64,000 nucleotides of DNA from Octopus sinensis (taxonomy: Eukaryota): positions 89,590,001 through 89,654,000 of the forward strand of contig NC_043004.1 of assembly GCF_006345805.1 (NCBI RefSeq), given 5' to 3'. The notes under the pieces were generated by a model. The model was not told where the DNA came from. It made no database searches and saw only the letters and a program-made list of their open reading frames with translations. Made by a program: the position numbers and the translations under genes. The stretch's first letter is position 1, and each line of letters begins with the position of its first letter. Below are positions 24,399-35,301 of this stretch, piece by piece.

Positions 24399-25346
24399 AT
24401 GTCAAATGAAATAGGTAAAACACAATACCACTGTGATATCTGTGAAAAGTCATTCTCTCAGAAAGGTAACCTGACCACTCACAAACGTATTCATACAGGA
24501 GAGAAGCCATATCACTGTGATATCTGTGGTAAATCTTTCTCTGCAAGTAGCAACTTAACAAAACACAGAAATATTCACACAGGCGAGAGGCCATTTCACT
24601 GTGATACCTGTGGTAAATCATTCTCTCAAAATGATCATCTAACTAAGCACAGACGTACTCATACAGGAGAAAAACCATATTGTTGTGATATCTGTAGAAA
24701 ATCATTTTCTCAAAATAATGAGTTAACTAATCACAAACATATTCATACAGGAGAGAAGCCATTTCACTGTGATATTTGTGGTAAATCATTCTCTGGTAAT
24801 AGTGACTTAACTACTCACACACGTATTCATACAGGAGAGAAACCATATCAATGTGATATCTGTGGTAAATCATTCTCTGACTCCGGTAACTTAGCTCCTC
24901 ACAAACGCATTCATACAGGAGAGAAACCATATCACTGTGGTGTCTGTGGTAAATCATTCTCTGCAAAATGTAACTTAACTACTCACAAACGCATTCACAC
25001 GGGGGAGAAGCCATACCACTGTTATGTCTGCGGTAAATCTTTCTCCCAAAACGATCACTTATCTATACACAAACGTATTCATACAGGAGAGAAACCATAT
25101 CACTGTCATATCTGTGGCAAATCGTTTTCTCATGGAAATACTTTAACTACTCACAAGAGGATTCATACGGGCGAGAAACCGTATCAGTGTGATATTTGTG
25201 GTAAAACCTTTTCTCAAAATGATCACTTAACTATACACAAACGTATTCATACAGGAGAGAAACCATATCACTGTGATATCTGTGGCAAACCATTCTCTCA
25301 AAAAAGCCATTTAACTACACATGTATGTATTAATACAGATGAGTAA
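24399..25346 (+). CDS. C2H2 zinc-finger array protein ZNF-C, 315 aa, 11 fingers (last lacks the second His)
   Basis: Canonical C2H2 repeats. Frame closed upstream by TAG at 24303-24305. First in-frame ATG is 24399; the track uses GTG 24324. Confidence 0.9.
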   Translation: MSNEIGKTQYHCDICEKSFSQKGNLTTHKRIHTGEKPYHCDICGKSFSASSNLTKHRNIHTGERPFHCDTCGKSFSQNDHLTKHRRTHTGEKPYCCDICRKSFSQNNELTNHKHIHTGEKPFHCDICGKSFSGNSDLTTHTRIHTGEKPYQCDICGKSFSDSGNLAPHKRIHTGEKPYHCGVCGKSFSAKCNLTTHKRIHTGEKPYHCYVCGKSFSQNDHLSIHKRIHTGEKPYHCHICGKSFSHGNTLTTHKRIHTGEKPYQCDICGKTFSQNDHLTIHKRIHTGEKPYHCDICGKPFSQKSHLTTHVCINTDE

Positions 25347-25470
25347 CTTTATCAATGCCAGGAGTCATTGTATGAAGAAATAAATCTGATATAGTCATAA
25401 ATGATTTACAGAGAAAAGACAATATAACAATAATAAATATCTGAACGAGATGTAAACAGTAACTGCACGA

Positions 25471-25679
25471 CAATGTGAGGTATACTTGCCATCTCAATAT
25501 GGCTAGCCACTAAGGGTGGGAGTTACTGTAGCTTGTAGCTCCAGGAAAACATTGTCTCCAGCTGGCTTTAGGCACACTTTCTGTGCCCTTATGGTATTTG
25601 CATAAGGGCACAGAAAGTGTGCCTAAAGCCAGCTGGAAACGATGTTCTCCTATTGAGATAGCAAGTATACCTCACATTG
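25471..25679. repeat. Fold-back palindrome (MITE-like) just downstream of the ZNF-C stop codon
   Basis: Perfect 37-bp arms 25557-25593 / 25601-25637 with a 7-nt loop, extending with 3 mismatches to 25543/25651. Outer arms 25471-25499 / 25651-25679 with 1 mismatch. Confidence 0.95.
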
Positions 25680-25886
25680 ACAATATAACACTATTTCATA
25701 TAACCACAGCTGTATCTACTTTGGTGAGATAACTTTCCATTGTGATATTTTTAATTGAAATAGTCTTTTGCAATACTTGTATAAATTCCTCCTGACATGT
25801 TTCCAGAAAAGATAAAACATACAGTTGATTTATTTGACATTGTGAGTAAATACCTGAGAAATGTATATTTCATTATACTATAATAA

Positions 25887-26997
25887 CATCATCATCATCA
25901 TCATCGTCGTTTAACGTCCGTTCTCCATGCTAGCATGGGTTGGACGGTTCGACCGGGGTTCTGGGAAGCCAGAAGGCTGCACCAGGCTCCAGTCTAATTT
26001 GGCAATGTTTCTACAGCTGGATGCCCTTCCTAACGCAACCACTCCGTGAGTGTAGTGGGTGCTTTTTACGTGCCACCTGCACAGGTGCCAGGCGGGGCTG
26101 GCAACGGCCACGGTCAGATTGGTGTATTTTATGTGCCACCGGCACGGAAGCCAGTCGAGGCGGTGCTGGCATCGGCCACGAGTCGGATAGTGCTTTTTAC
26201 GTACCACCAGACCAGGGATCCTGCTGGTTCAATTCGATTTCGATTTCGCTTGCCCCAACATGTCTTCACAAGCAAAGGGGGTTGGCAAGGGTGCCTGTCG
26301 TACGGTCGCATTGGAGTATTTTACGTGCCACGGCCACGAGTCGGATAGTGCTTTTTACGTACCACCAGACCAGGGATCCTGGCTGGTTCAATTCGATTTC
26401 GATTTCGCTTGCCCCAACATGTCTTCACAAGCAAAGGGGGTTGGCATGGGTGCCTGTCGTACGGTCGCATTGGAGTATTTTACGTGCCACGGCCCCGAGT
26501 CGGATAGTGCTTTTTACGTACCACCAGGCCAGGGATCCTGGCTGGTTCAATTCGGTTTCGATTTCGATTTCGATTTCGCTTGCCCCAACATGTCTTCGCA
26601 AGCATGGGGGGTTGGGATGGGTGTCTGTCGTCGGATGAGGTTCTATATCGACTTCGCTTGCCTCAACCGGTCTTTGTGTCCAAGGGAGGAAAGGCATTCA
26701 TAAGTGGGCTGGGCTCACTTGTCCTGCCTGGTCTTCTCACGTACAGAATATTTCCAAAGGTCTCGGTCTCTGGTCATTTCCTCAGTGAGGCCTAAGTTCG
26801 TAGGTCGTGCTTCACCACCTCGTCCCAGGTTTTCCTGGGTCTACCTCTTCCACGGGTTCCCTCAACTGCTAGGGATTGGCACTTTCTCACACACCTATCT
26901 TCATCCATTCTCGCCACATGACCATACCAGCGCAATCGTCTCTCTTGCACACCACAACTGATGCTTCTTAGGTACAACATTTCTCTCAAGGTGCTAA
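25887..26997 (-). mobile_element. RTE LINE 3' fragment with three ~159-bp tandem units in the 3' UTR
   Basis: Minus ORF 26792-27016 RRLRWYGHVARMDEDRCVRKCQSLAVEGTRGRGRPRKTWDEVVKHDL. Units recur at 26180, 26338 and 26497. (CAT)n tail at 25887. Confidence 0.9.
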
Positions 26998-27907
26998 TAT
27001 GATATATTGTATACATTATTTCTTACATGTATTTTTGTGTGAAATTATATGTATTGCATCAAGTTAATATAATAAATTGAAATTTAAATAAAACTGTTTT
27101 ACTCTTAACTTATTCTGCTACAATTTTATATGTAGAATTATCATTATCACCATCATAATTTAACCTCCATTCTCCATGCTGGCAGAGATTGCACAGTTTA
27201 ACAGAACTGAACGAACCCAAGGATTGCATTGTGTTCCATTGGTGATTTTTACATCTGGATTCCCATCCTAATGCCAACCACTCCACAACATGTACGAGGT
27301 CTTTTTTTCATACCACCAAAACTAGTGAGGCTGCTATGCATGCAAGACTATGGAACCCTGAGGGGGCAACTTTGATAGGGAAAGAGGGGTAAAAGTATGA
27401 GAGAAGGGGCTAGAGCAGAGTGATGTAGAGGAACTACTTACATTTTAAGAAAGGATGGGAGTGATTGACTGGAGCTGGAAAGTGGTAAAATAATGGTGAT
27501 GAGGTGTTAGATTAGACCTTCAGTGTACGAGGTTGGTAGAAATGAGTGGGGCACAGGGACCAGAAATGAAGTGAGAAGTAAATGCCTGATAGTACAGAGC
27601 ATTGGCATAGCAATGATAAAACAATAGACAGGAGGACAAGAGAAGGATGATGTGTAGGTTGAGGAGTATGTGCAAAAGAAGGTGGCCGGTGTTGTGCATG
27701 AGGAGAATAATGAGGAATGATAATTTGCTAATTCAGTAGGGGATGGATCAATGAAAGTGGATGAAGAAAACAGCTACCTCTTCATCCATTAATACTAACA
27801 AGTAAAATGGTTCTAGGTAGTAAGTGAAGTCAATGGTATGAAAGAAGAGCTGCAGTTAGTGAGGTGGTGGAGGTGTCTTGAGGAGGAAGGAAATTGAGTG
27901 AAAGGTT

Positions 27908-28195
27908 CATCATCATCATCGTTTAACGTCTGCTTTCCATGCTAGCATGGGTTGGACGGTTCAACTGGGGTCTGGGAAGCCTGAAGGCTGCACCAGGCCA
28001 GTCAGATCTGGCAGTGTTTCTACAGCTGGATGCCCTTCCTAACGCCAACCACTCCGTGAGTGTAGTGGGTGCTTTTTATGTGTCACTGGCACGGAGGCTG
28101 GCAACGGCCACGATCGGATGGTGTTTGTTACGTGCCACCAGCACGGAGGCCAGTCGATGCGGTGCTGGCTACGGCCACGTTTGGATGGTTCTCTT
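27908..28195 (-). mobile_element. RTE-tailed short element (family B)
   Basis: Same motif set as 20946-21260. Confidence 0.9.
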
Positions 28196-28229
28196 ATGTG
28201 TGCAAATATATATTCATATATTCAGCTGT

Positions 28230-31200
28230 CTGTTGTAGGTCAATGGTAACTGTTCCTGTTCAGTAATCATCTTGCATGTGGGCTACAAGGCCTGCTACTG
28301 GTGAATTTACTTCATGCAACAGAGATGTGACTCCTCTCATGCTCTTTCATATTCTCTCTCTTGTTTCTCTGCAATGGCTGGAATTATGAGTTTCAGCAAT
28401 CTATGCCACTTATTGCGCCACAGGGCCTTCTCCTTCCTGTCTGGTGGGATGCCAGAGTTCTTCAGCATATCCTTGTATCTCAACTTCTGGTCACTATGGG
28501 TCCATCTGCCCTGACACAGTCTAGCATAGAAAACTGCTTTTGAAGCCTGTTGCCCTCCATCCTGCAAGCATGTCCCACCCTGTACAACTGCAATGAGGTA
28601 ATGAGGGTCTTGATGTTAACTGCTAGTACAGTGCAGGACCTCTACATCTGATTAGCAAGATGGAGTGCAGATGATGAAATCAGACTCTCTTCAGGGCATT
28701 GATGTGCCTGCAGTAGAAAGCCATGCATTCAATGGCAAAGAGGAGGCAAGGGAGTCTGCAGCATTGTATACCTTTGTTTTTGTGTCATGGCAGCTCCATA
28801 GATGCTTCTCAAGAGAACCAAAAGTTTTTGTGGCAGATTGCATTTGCCTCTCAACTTTGAGGTCAGATGAGTTAGTATGAGCCACTGTGCTGCCAAGATA
28901 GGTAAAGGCCTTGGTGTACTTTAAGGGTTCTCCATGTACTGTCACTGGTTTGGGCTCTCTTGATCTATTAGGACATCTTGGTGGAAGCTGGTAGAGCAGC
29001 TCAGTTTTCAAAGTATTGATCTTGTGACCAAACTGTCTGCTGCATAAGAAAACTGGGTCACAATGTGTTGTATGTCTTCAATGTTACTGGCCACAAGCTC
29101 CGAGTTGTCTGCTTAGAGCAGTTCTTTGTCACACATTTCCCTGGTTTTGATGGAGGTTCAAAGACAGGCCAAGATGAAGAGCTTTCCATCTGTTTTGGTA
29201 CAGCTGAAAATCCTCCTTGTGCAGATTGACCCTCATGGTGCCAAGCATAACTACAAGGTAAAGAGAAGAGTGCAAGGACAAGCACACACTCCTACTTCAC
29301 TGTTGTCTGCAAATGCTTCACTAAATTGCCAACTGAAACTAGTTGTTTCGTTCCTATGTGGAATTGTTTGATGATGTTGACAAGCTTCTCAGGGCATCCA
29401 TAAGTCTCTGACACTTTCCAAAGAATTTCTTGGTCCACTGTATCAAATGTCCTGGAAAAATACACAAACACCACAAAAAGGGGTTGGTGTTCCTCTGCTG
29501 CTTTCTCCTCTAGCTGTCACGGTGTGAAGATCCTGTCTGTGTCTGTGGTTGATCTCCATGGTTTCAACCCATATTGACTATCTGGTAAGATCTACTCTGA
29601 GATGTTTCCCAGCTGTTTGAGAAAGATTTTCACTAACCAGCAGTGGCCAACAGAGAAATTCCTACATACTGCTTTTTTCCCATCTTCTTTTTGTAAATGG
29701 TGACTATCAGAGCGTCCTTGAAGTTTTGGGGTACACACTCATTACAAAGACAAGTGTTGTACTGCATCAACAGCTAAGTGTGAAATTTTTGACCACCTTT
29801 CTTGAGCATGTGTGAAAGAATGCCACACAAGCCTGGTGCTTTGCAACTTGCCTTCAAAGGCTTTCTTCAGCTCCTGCAAAGTGATCTTATGGCAAAGGTC
29901 ATTCTTGTCTCTGGTACCACTCTAGCCATTTATTGGACAGATCCTTGCTGATTGAGCAGGTTACAGAAATGTTCCTTCCATCTAGCTCTATCTCCTGAAG
30001 TTTGCTCCTATCTGCTGACTTGTATGGTGCCATTGCATTACTCCTGGGTCCATAGATGGCCTTCAGTACCGTACACAGCTCAATATAGTTGTGTTTGCTT
30101 GCCACCAGTTGTTCTTCAGCAATCTCACTTCCCTCTGAACTTGGGACTTGATTTCAGCAAAAGTGACCCTGCCCTTCTCTGAGTTCTGCCGATGTCACTG
30201 GTGCAGACATTGATTTTTGTCTAGCAACTTCTGGATCTCCTCTCTGTATTCCCAGAATCAGTCAAATGTTTTATGCTGAGAGGGCCCTAGGATCTCCTTA
30301 GCAGCAATGACTGCTTTCTTTAATGCCTGCTAATGCTCTGTGATGACATTCAGCCCATCTGAGTGGACTGCCATACTCTTGATCACAGTAGTCAGCCTCT
30401 GACAGTGTTCTGCATTTGGTAACTGGCTGATGTTAAGCTACTCTGACTTTTTGCTGGTTAGGGTCTTCCTTCAGCATAGAGTGGATCTTGAGTCTTATCT
30501 GACTCCTCACAAAGTAGTGGTCACTTCAGTATTTGTGCACAGGATCTCCTGCAATCCAGCCTTCCAGGTAACGATGTAGTCCAGCAAATAATTGAGGTCA
30601 GACCAAGTGTGTTTCCATGTGAAATGATTCTTGTTGGGCTGATCAAAGAGTAAATTGGTGACAAAAAGCTCTTGCTGTGCACAGACGTTCAGCAGGAGGT
30701 CTCCATTGGAGTTCTTTTTGTTCTTGCCAATGAGGCCTGCACAGATCTCACAATCCCATCTTGGCATTGAAGTTGCCTATAATTAGCAACATATCTTGGT
30801 GAGCTACCTTGCCTACAATCCTTATCAGCTCTTGATAGGATGCTTCTTTCTCCTCTGGGTAGGTCATTGTTGGAGCATATGTGTTAATGAAAGTCATGTA
30901 TCAGTTATTCATGGTTGGTATTCATATGATCATCATCCTCTCTGAGATGGCCAATGGGAGGAAAGGTAACCTTTTGGTGGTCTTGTCAACAGCAAAAACC
31001 ATTCCTGCATCTCTTTTTCATAAACCAGGTGTAACCCTCCTCCTACAACTGGCTCTGCCCTTTGATCCTGATCTCTTTACCCCACCTTTTGTAGGGCTTC
31101 CCTTCCAGGGTGGGCAGTACTCCCTGAAAAGGGCTACCCAGACACTCATACTACTGCCTCAGCTGGCTGGTGCTCAAAGTTCAGCATTGATTGTGACCAT

Positions 31201-31690
31201 TGGGCACGAGTCATCTGTATGCAGATTTCTTGCTAGAAGCTTCCAATTACTTGCACCTACTACCGTTACATTCACTCCATCACCACAAGGCTTCCCACTT
31301 TTCTGAACAAAATGCCTTGGACAATGAGTAAGGCAGTTTGTGTTGTCCCCCTATCAAATTGCCTCTCTTGGCCACCATGCCATGTACCAAGTGTTGTATA
31401 AGAGTACAACAAGTAAGGTCAACAATGGGGCTACCCCGCAATAGCAGCTCACTTGCTAGTTGATGCCCAACTATTGTCTGATGATACAGATCTTCTGCTT
31501 GGTTGTACAAACCTTCAAACCATTGGGCTAGGACGGCTCTACCTTGTTGGTTATCCAGTATTCTATCGTAGATGTCTCCACTGTATCCCTGGCATGAGAG
31601 GCTAAGGCTTTGCTTGCACCTGCCATGGCTCCACCCCAGTCTCAGATGGAAGGGGCAACTCACTCTCCCCTTTATGGTCTGCCACTTCTG
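28230..31690 (-). mobile_element. Near full-length but heavily decayed RTE LINE (endonuclease + RT)
   Basis: Fragments NSNGDLLLNVCAQQELFVTNLLFDQ...FTWKH...LLDYIV (APE), FSRTFDTVDQEILWKV...GCPEKLVNIIKQFH (RT) and FTYLGSTV...VERQMQSATKTFGSL. Many stops and frameshifts. Confidence 0.85.
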
Positions 31691-31710
31691 TGAGTGCTGT
31701 ACTGTAGTGG

Positions 31711-31745
<35 letters not shown>

Positions 31746-32299
31746 TATACATACCTATAATTTATGTATGCATATATACACACACATATGTATGTATACA
31801 CAGATGCATATACACATATACAAGTTTAGTTATTCATCTATCTATCTATTTTAAGGGACAATCCCTTAAAATAGCAAACATTCCTTAGCTACACACAAAA
31901 TAAAAAATGCTAGGAAGACAGGTTAGTTCCTCTCAAATTCTTTGTAAACTCTTAAATATATCTCTTTCTGTGTATATATACTATCAAACAAACGTGATTT
32001 TTATTGAACTCCTAATACTTTTTGTTGAATATTTTCTTAAATACTTTCTTGTAAACTGTTTTTAACATTTTCTTATTATTATCAAAGAATGTGTATATGT
32101 ATGTTAATACTTTTGTGATAATCAGTAATTAACACAACAAAGCTTTACATTTTACTTCTGACAATCTTTTTCTAAAAAAGTGAAACCAGTCAAGTGAATA
32201 AACATCTTTAAAATTGCATTTTCAAACTTTCTTTCATATATATTTCCACTTGTGCGATACCTTACAACTTCATTTTGTTATATATATATATATATTGCA

Positions 32300-34070
32300 T
32301 GCATACATCAATGACTGATGCATCTGGACACATCTTCAGTGAGGTGCCTGGTATCATTGAGTGTTTTGGGTCTTTCAACATCCTACACCCTCCTCCAGGT
32401 AACCCAGCTGGGGCTGATCAGACCACACCTTGTGTACAGATGGCCAACTACCTACCCTATGACTCTCCTCTTTTGATCCAAAGCCATCTTGAGGCCCTCT
32501 TTGCTGCATCAGTGGTACTGCAGATGGCCTTCCTCCTTCTCACTCCCTCGGTGCCCAAACTGCTGAAGGCTCTGGTCAGGGAAGAGGCTGCAAAAGCCCT
32601 GCATCCAACTTCCACTGGGAGACACCTCACTCTTCAGCCAGCCCGCTGGCAGTCACTGACCAGACCCACATACTTGGAGAACTTTCTCTTGAAAGCTTCT
32701 TCCAGGTGATCTTCCCAAGAGACAGTCAGCTCCAGCAACACCACTTGCTTCGTGGACTCAGACACGAGGTCAATGTCTGGTTGCAGGGTGGTGACCACAA
32801 TGTGGCCTGGGAAATTCAGCTGAAACTCAAGATCCACCACTAACTACAAGTTTCTTGCAGATGTTAGGATGCCTGCCGATGTTGGCTAATCCCCAGCTCT
32901 GACAAAGGTGATGGTTTTCTTGGAGGGTCGGAACCACCTTGCCCACACAAGTTCTGTGCTGATGGCTTCAGCAATTGTCTTAAGGACTTGGTCATGCCTC
33001 CAGCAGGACCGTCCATCTCCAGGTGCCCCTGTGTAGCAGCTAAGGATGTGTTCCAGGGTTCCTCTCTTGGAACACAGCATGCATGCTATTGTCTCTGGTA
33101 TGCCCCATGAGTGCAGGTTTGATGGGTTTGGCAGCACATTGTACACTGCCTGGATGAAGAATTTAATGCAGTGAGGCTCAGCTTTCCACAGCTCAGCTCA
33201 GGTCACTTTCCTCTCAACCTCATTCTCCCATCTTGTCCAAGCTCCCCGTTGCTTCATTTCCACTGCCTTGCATGTTCTCATTTCCTCCCCATGCAGCTCT
33301 CAGCTCCTGAACAAGGCGGCACCCTTCCTTCTTGCTGGTTCGTTTGGGGAGTTGGAAAGGAGCCTAGCCCAGCTCTGCCTCATGTGACTACTCTTGACTT
33401 CTTTGTGATTGTTGGAATGGCTGTTCCTGAGATGTTAAACCAGAACTTGTCCTCCATCTTCCCTTTCCTCAGCATCATAGATCTTGATTTGGTTGGTTTG
33501 AAATGCATCCGAGCCCACTCCATCACCTTTTTGAGTCCCTGTAGAATTCACTGGCAGCCTAGGGCTGATTGTGTCATGACTCTGAGGTCATCCATGAACG
33601 CCCTAATGGGTGGTTGCTTTTGTCCGGATTTTGATAGGATCTCTCTGCACTCTGGCTCAGCAGACTTGGTAAGCATGTTCATGGCTAGGGAAAATAGTGT
33701 TCACAGAGATAGTGCACCCTGTGAAGATGCCAATTTCCACTTTGTGCCAGCATGATGTTATTGTTCCCGAAGAGACCCTTATCCTGAAATTGGTGTAGTA
33801 ATCAGAAATGAAGTCTCTACACTTGCTGGGGACATGATGTTTTGTCAATGTGAAGTGAACCAGCTTGTGTGGAATGGAACCGAATGCATTTGCCAGGTCA
33901 AACCACAGCACAGACAGGCTATCCCTGTTCTCTCTTGCCTCTCGAATCAGATGTGTTACTGGTATGCTCCAGACAGCTTGGCATTCCTGAAATGCCCCCC
34001 TTCAGGACAGATGTATCGATGTAGGTGTTCTGATCCAGGTAGGCACACAGCCGTTTGGAAACAATGCTGA
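32300..34070 (-). mobile_element. 5'-truncated Hero-like (RLE-type) non-LTR retrotransposon
   Basis: WFDLANAFGSIPH and GIFTGCTISV (RT), CMLCSKRGTLEHILSC...WRHDQVL (CCHC + RHD), and TTLQPDIDLVSESTKQVVLLELTVSWED (PD..D/E nuclease). Confidence 0.88.
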
Positions 34071-34098
34071 AGATCTTTGCCTCCACACACAGCTACTA

Positions 34099-34643
34099 GG
34101 ATCTACTCAATTTGATGGCTAAATTTTTTAATTAATTTTTTTAACTGAACACTTTGAAACTTCGGATAGAGGGTTTTTCTGTTCTGTACATAAAAAAGTT
34201 TGGTTAGTTTTTCTAGCGGGTCAGGCAACTACATAGAGGCTCCGTTGTTGGTCTGTCTCAGTAATAATTTTGTTGTTATTTAGCCTCAAATCAACCCTCA
34301 TACAGCAAACCTATGCTGCTATAAAGACATCTCTGGTTATTAAAGAAAGATTTTGTTTGGAGAGATTTTCAGTTTAAATTTCTCTGTTGTCGAACATTCA
34401 CAGTGTTCTCAATGGACCCGGAAGTTGTTGTTCGCAAACAGTAGCAGTAATTTTCTTCAGCTGGATACACGTCATTGATTGGTTAAAATTACCCAAATAC
34501 TACAACTTTAACACAAAATAACTTCTAAAATACATAATTTTGTCAAAAACGTTAAGAGTAAACCCTGTTCTATGTAACACATTCTACCAGTATCCAAAGT
34601 TTCAAAGTGTTTAGTTAAATTGCCGTTCAAAGGGAAAAGACCC
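34099..34643. mobile_element. Diverged MITE/Merlin derivative of the same family
   Basis: Starts GGATCTACTCAATTTG and ends GCCGTTCAAAGGGAAAAGACCC. The right ~170 bp is homologous to the right arms at 19800-19981 and 34900-35077. No TSD recognised. Confidence 0.6.
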
Positions 34644-34672
34644 AAATTCCAATAGTTTCTACCTCAAAATAT

Positions 34673-35077
34673 GGATCTTTTCGGTTTGAACGGCAGTTTT
34701 TTCTAGCGGTGTCATATGAAATTGTCACCCATAATTATGACCCTAGTATCGATCTATTGCATTTCAATCTGTTTTAGGGTTAGGGTTAGGGTTAGGGGGT
34801 GGGGGGAGGGTATATTTTTTTCTTCAGAAATGTAAATAAACCCAATCTATTTCTTAAACGAGGGACATATTCATACGGCACAGAATGTTTTCACCTCAAC
34901 AGACGTCATTGATTGGTTGAAATTGCAGAAAAAAACAACAACAAATATCTTACAAACTATAGAATTTTCTCAATAAAGTCAAGAGAAAAAGATGTTTTAT
35001 AAACACATCCTACCTGTATACAAAGTTTAAAAGTGTTTAGTTACGTGGAAATTATTTTAAAAAAACCGAAAAGATCC
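34673..35077. mobile_element. MITE with GGATC...GATCC termini, 8-bp TSD CAAAATAT and an internal (TTAGGG)4 array
   Basis: CAAAATAT at 34665-34672 and 35078-35085. TIR GGATCTTTTCGGTTT / AAACCGAAAAGATCC. TTAGGG x4 at 34774-34797 followed by further G runs to 34810. Confidence 0.9.
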
Positions 35078-35230
35078 CAAAATATGTTTGTTATACCTTT
35101 CAATCTAATTTTTTTTTTTTTTACCACGAACAATATTATTAAAAAAAAAAATGAAAAATGCTAATTAACTGAGATGGGATGTTGAAGGGCGATAACTCTT
35201 GCGAACGTCTCTTAATGACAAGCACCAAAC

Positions 35231-35301
35231 ATGGCTAATGTCCTCGTTCAGCGGTTGCTTACTTCATTGAAAAGTAAAGAATTCAAAGAATACTTATGCA
35301 G
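35231..35301 (+). CDS. MPC1: Mitochondrial pyruvate carrier 1, coding exon 1 (71 nt)
   Basis: MANVLVQRLLTSLKSKEFKEYLC(S) aligns with human [24 protein letters not shown]. Ends AG|GTGAG (phase 2). Confidence 0.93.

Noticed and set aside
26170-26640. Regularly spaced repeats considered as a CRISPR-like array
   Set aside because: The whole unit is repeated with no unique spacers, the context is a eukaryotic LINE UTR, and there are no cas genes.
25911-26961. Cluster of overlapping 60-230 aa ORFs
   Set aside because: They arise from GC-richer tandem units in an RTE 3' UTR. Similar ORFs recur in every family B copy.
33171-33755. 194-aa plus-strand ORF and other 100-200 aa ORFs over 28-34 kb and 47-55 kb
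   Set aside because: Antisense or off-frame shadows of decayed LINEs, with no recognisable domains.
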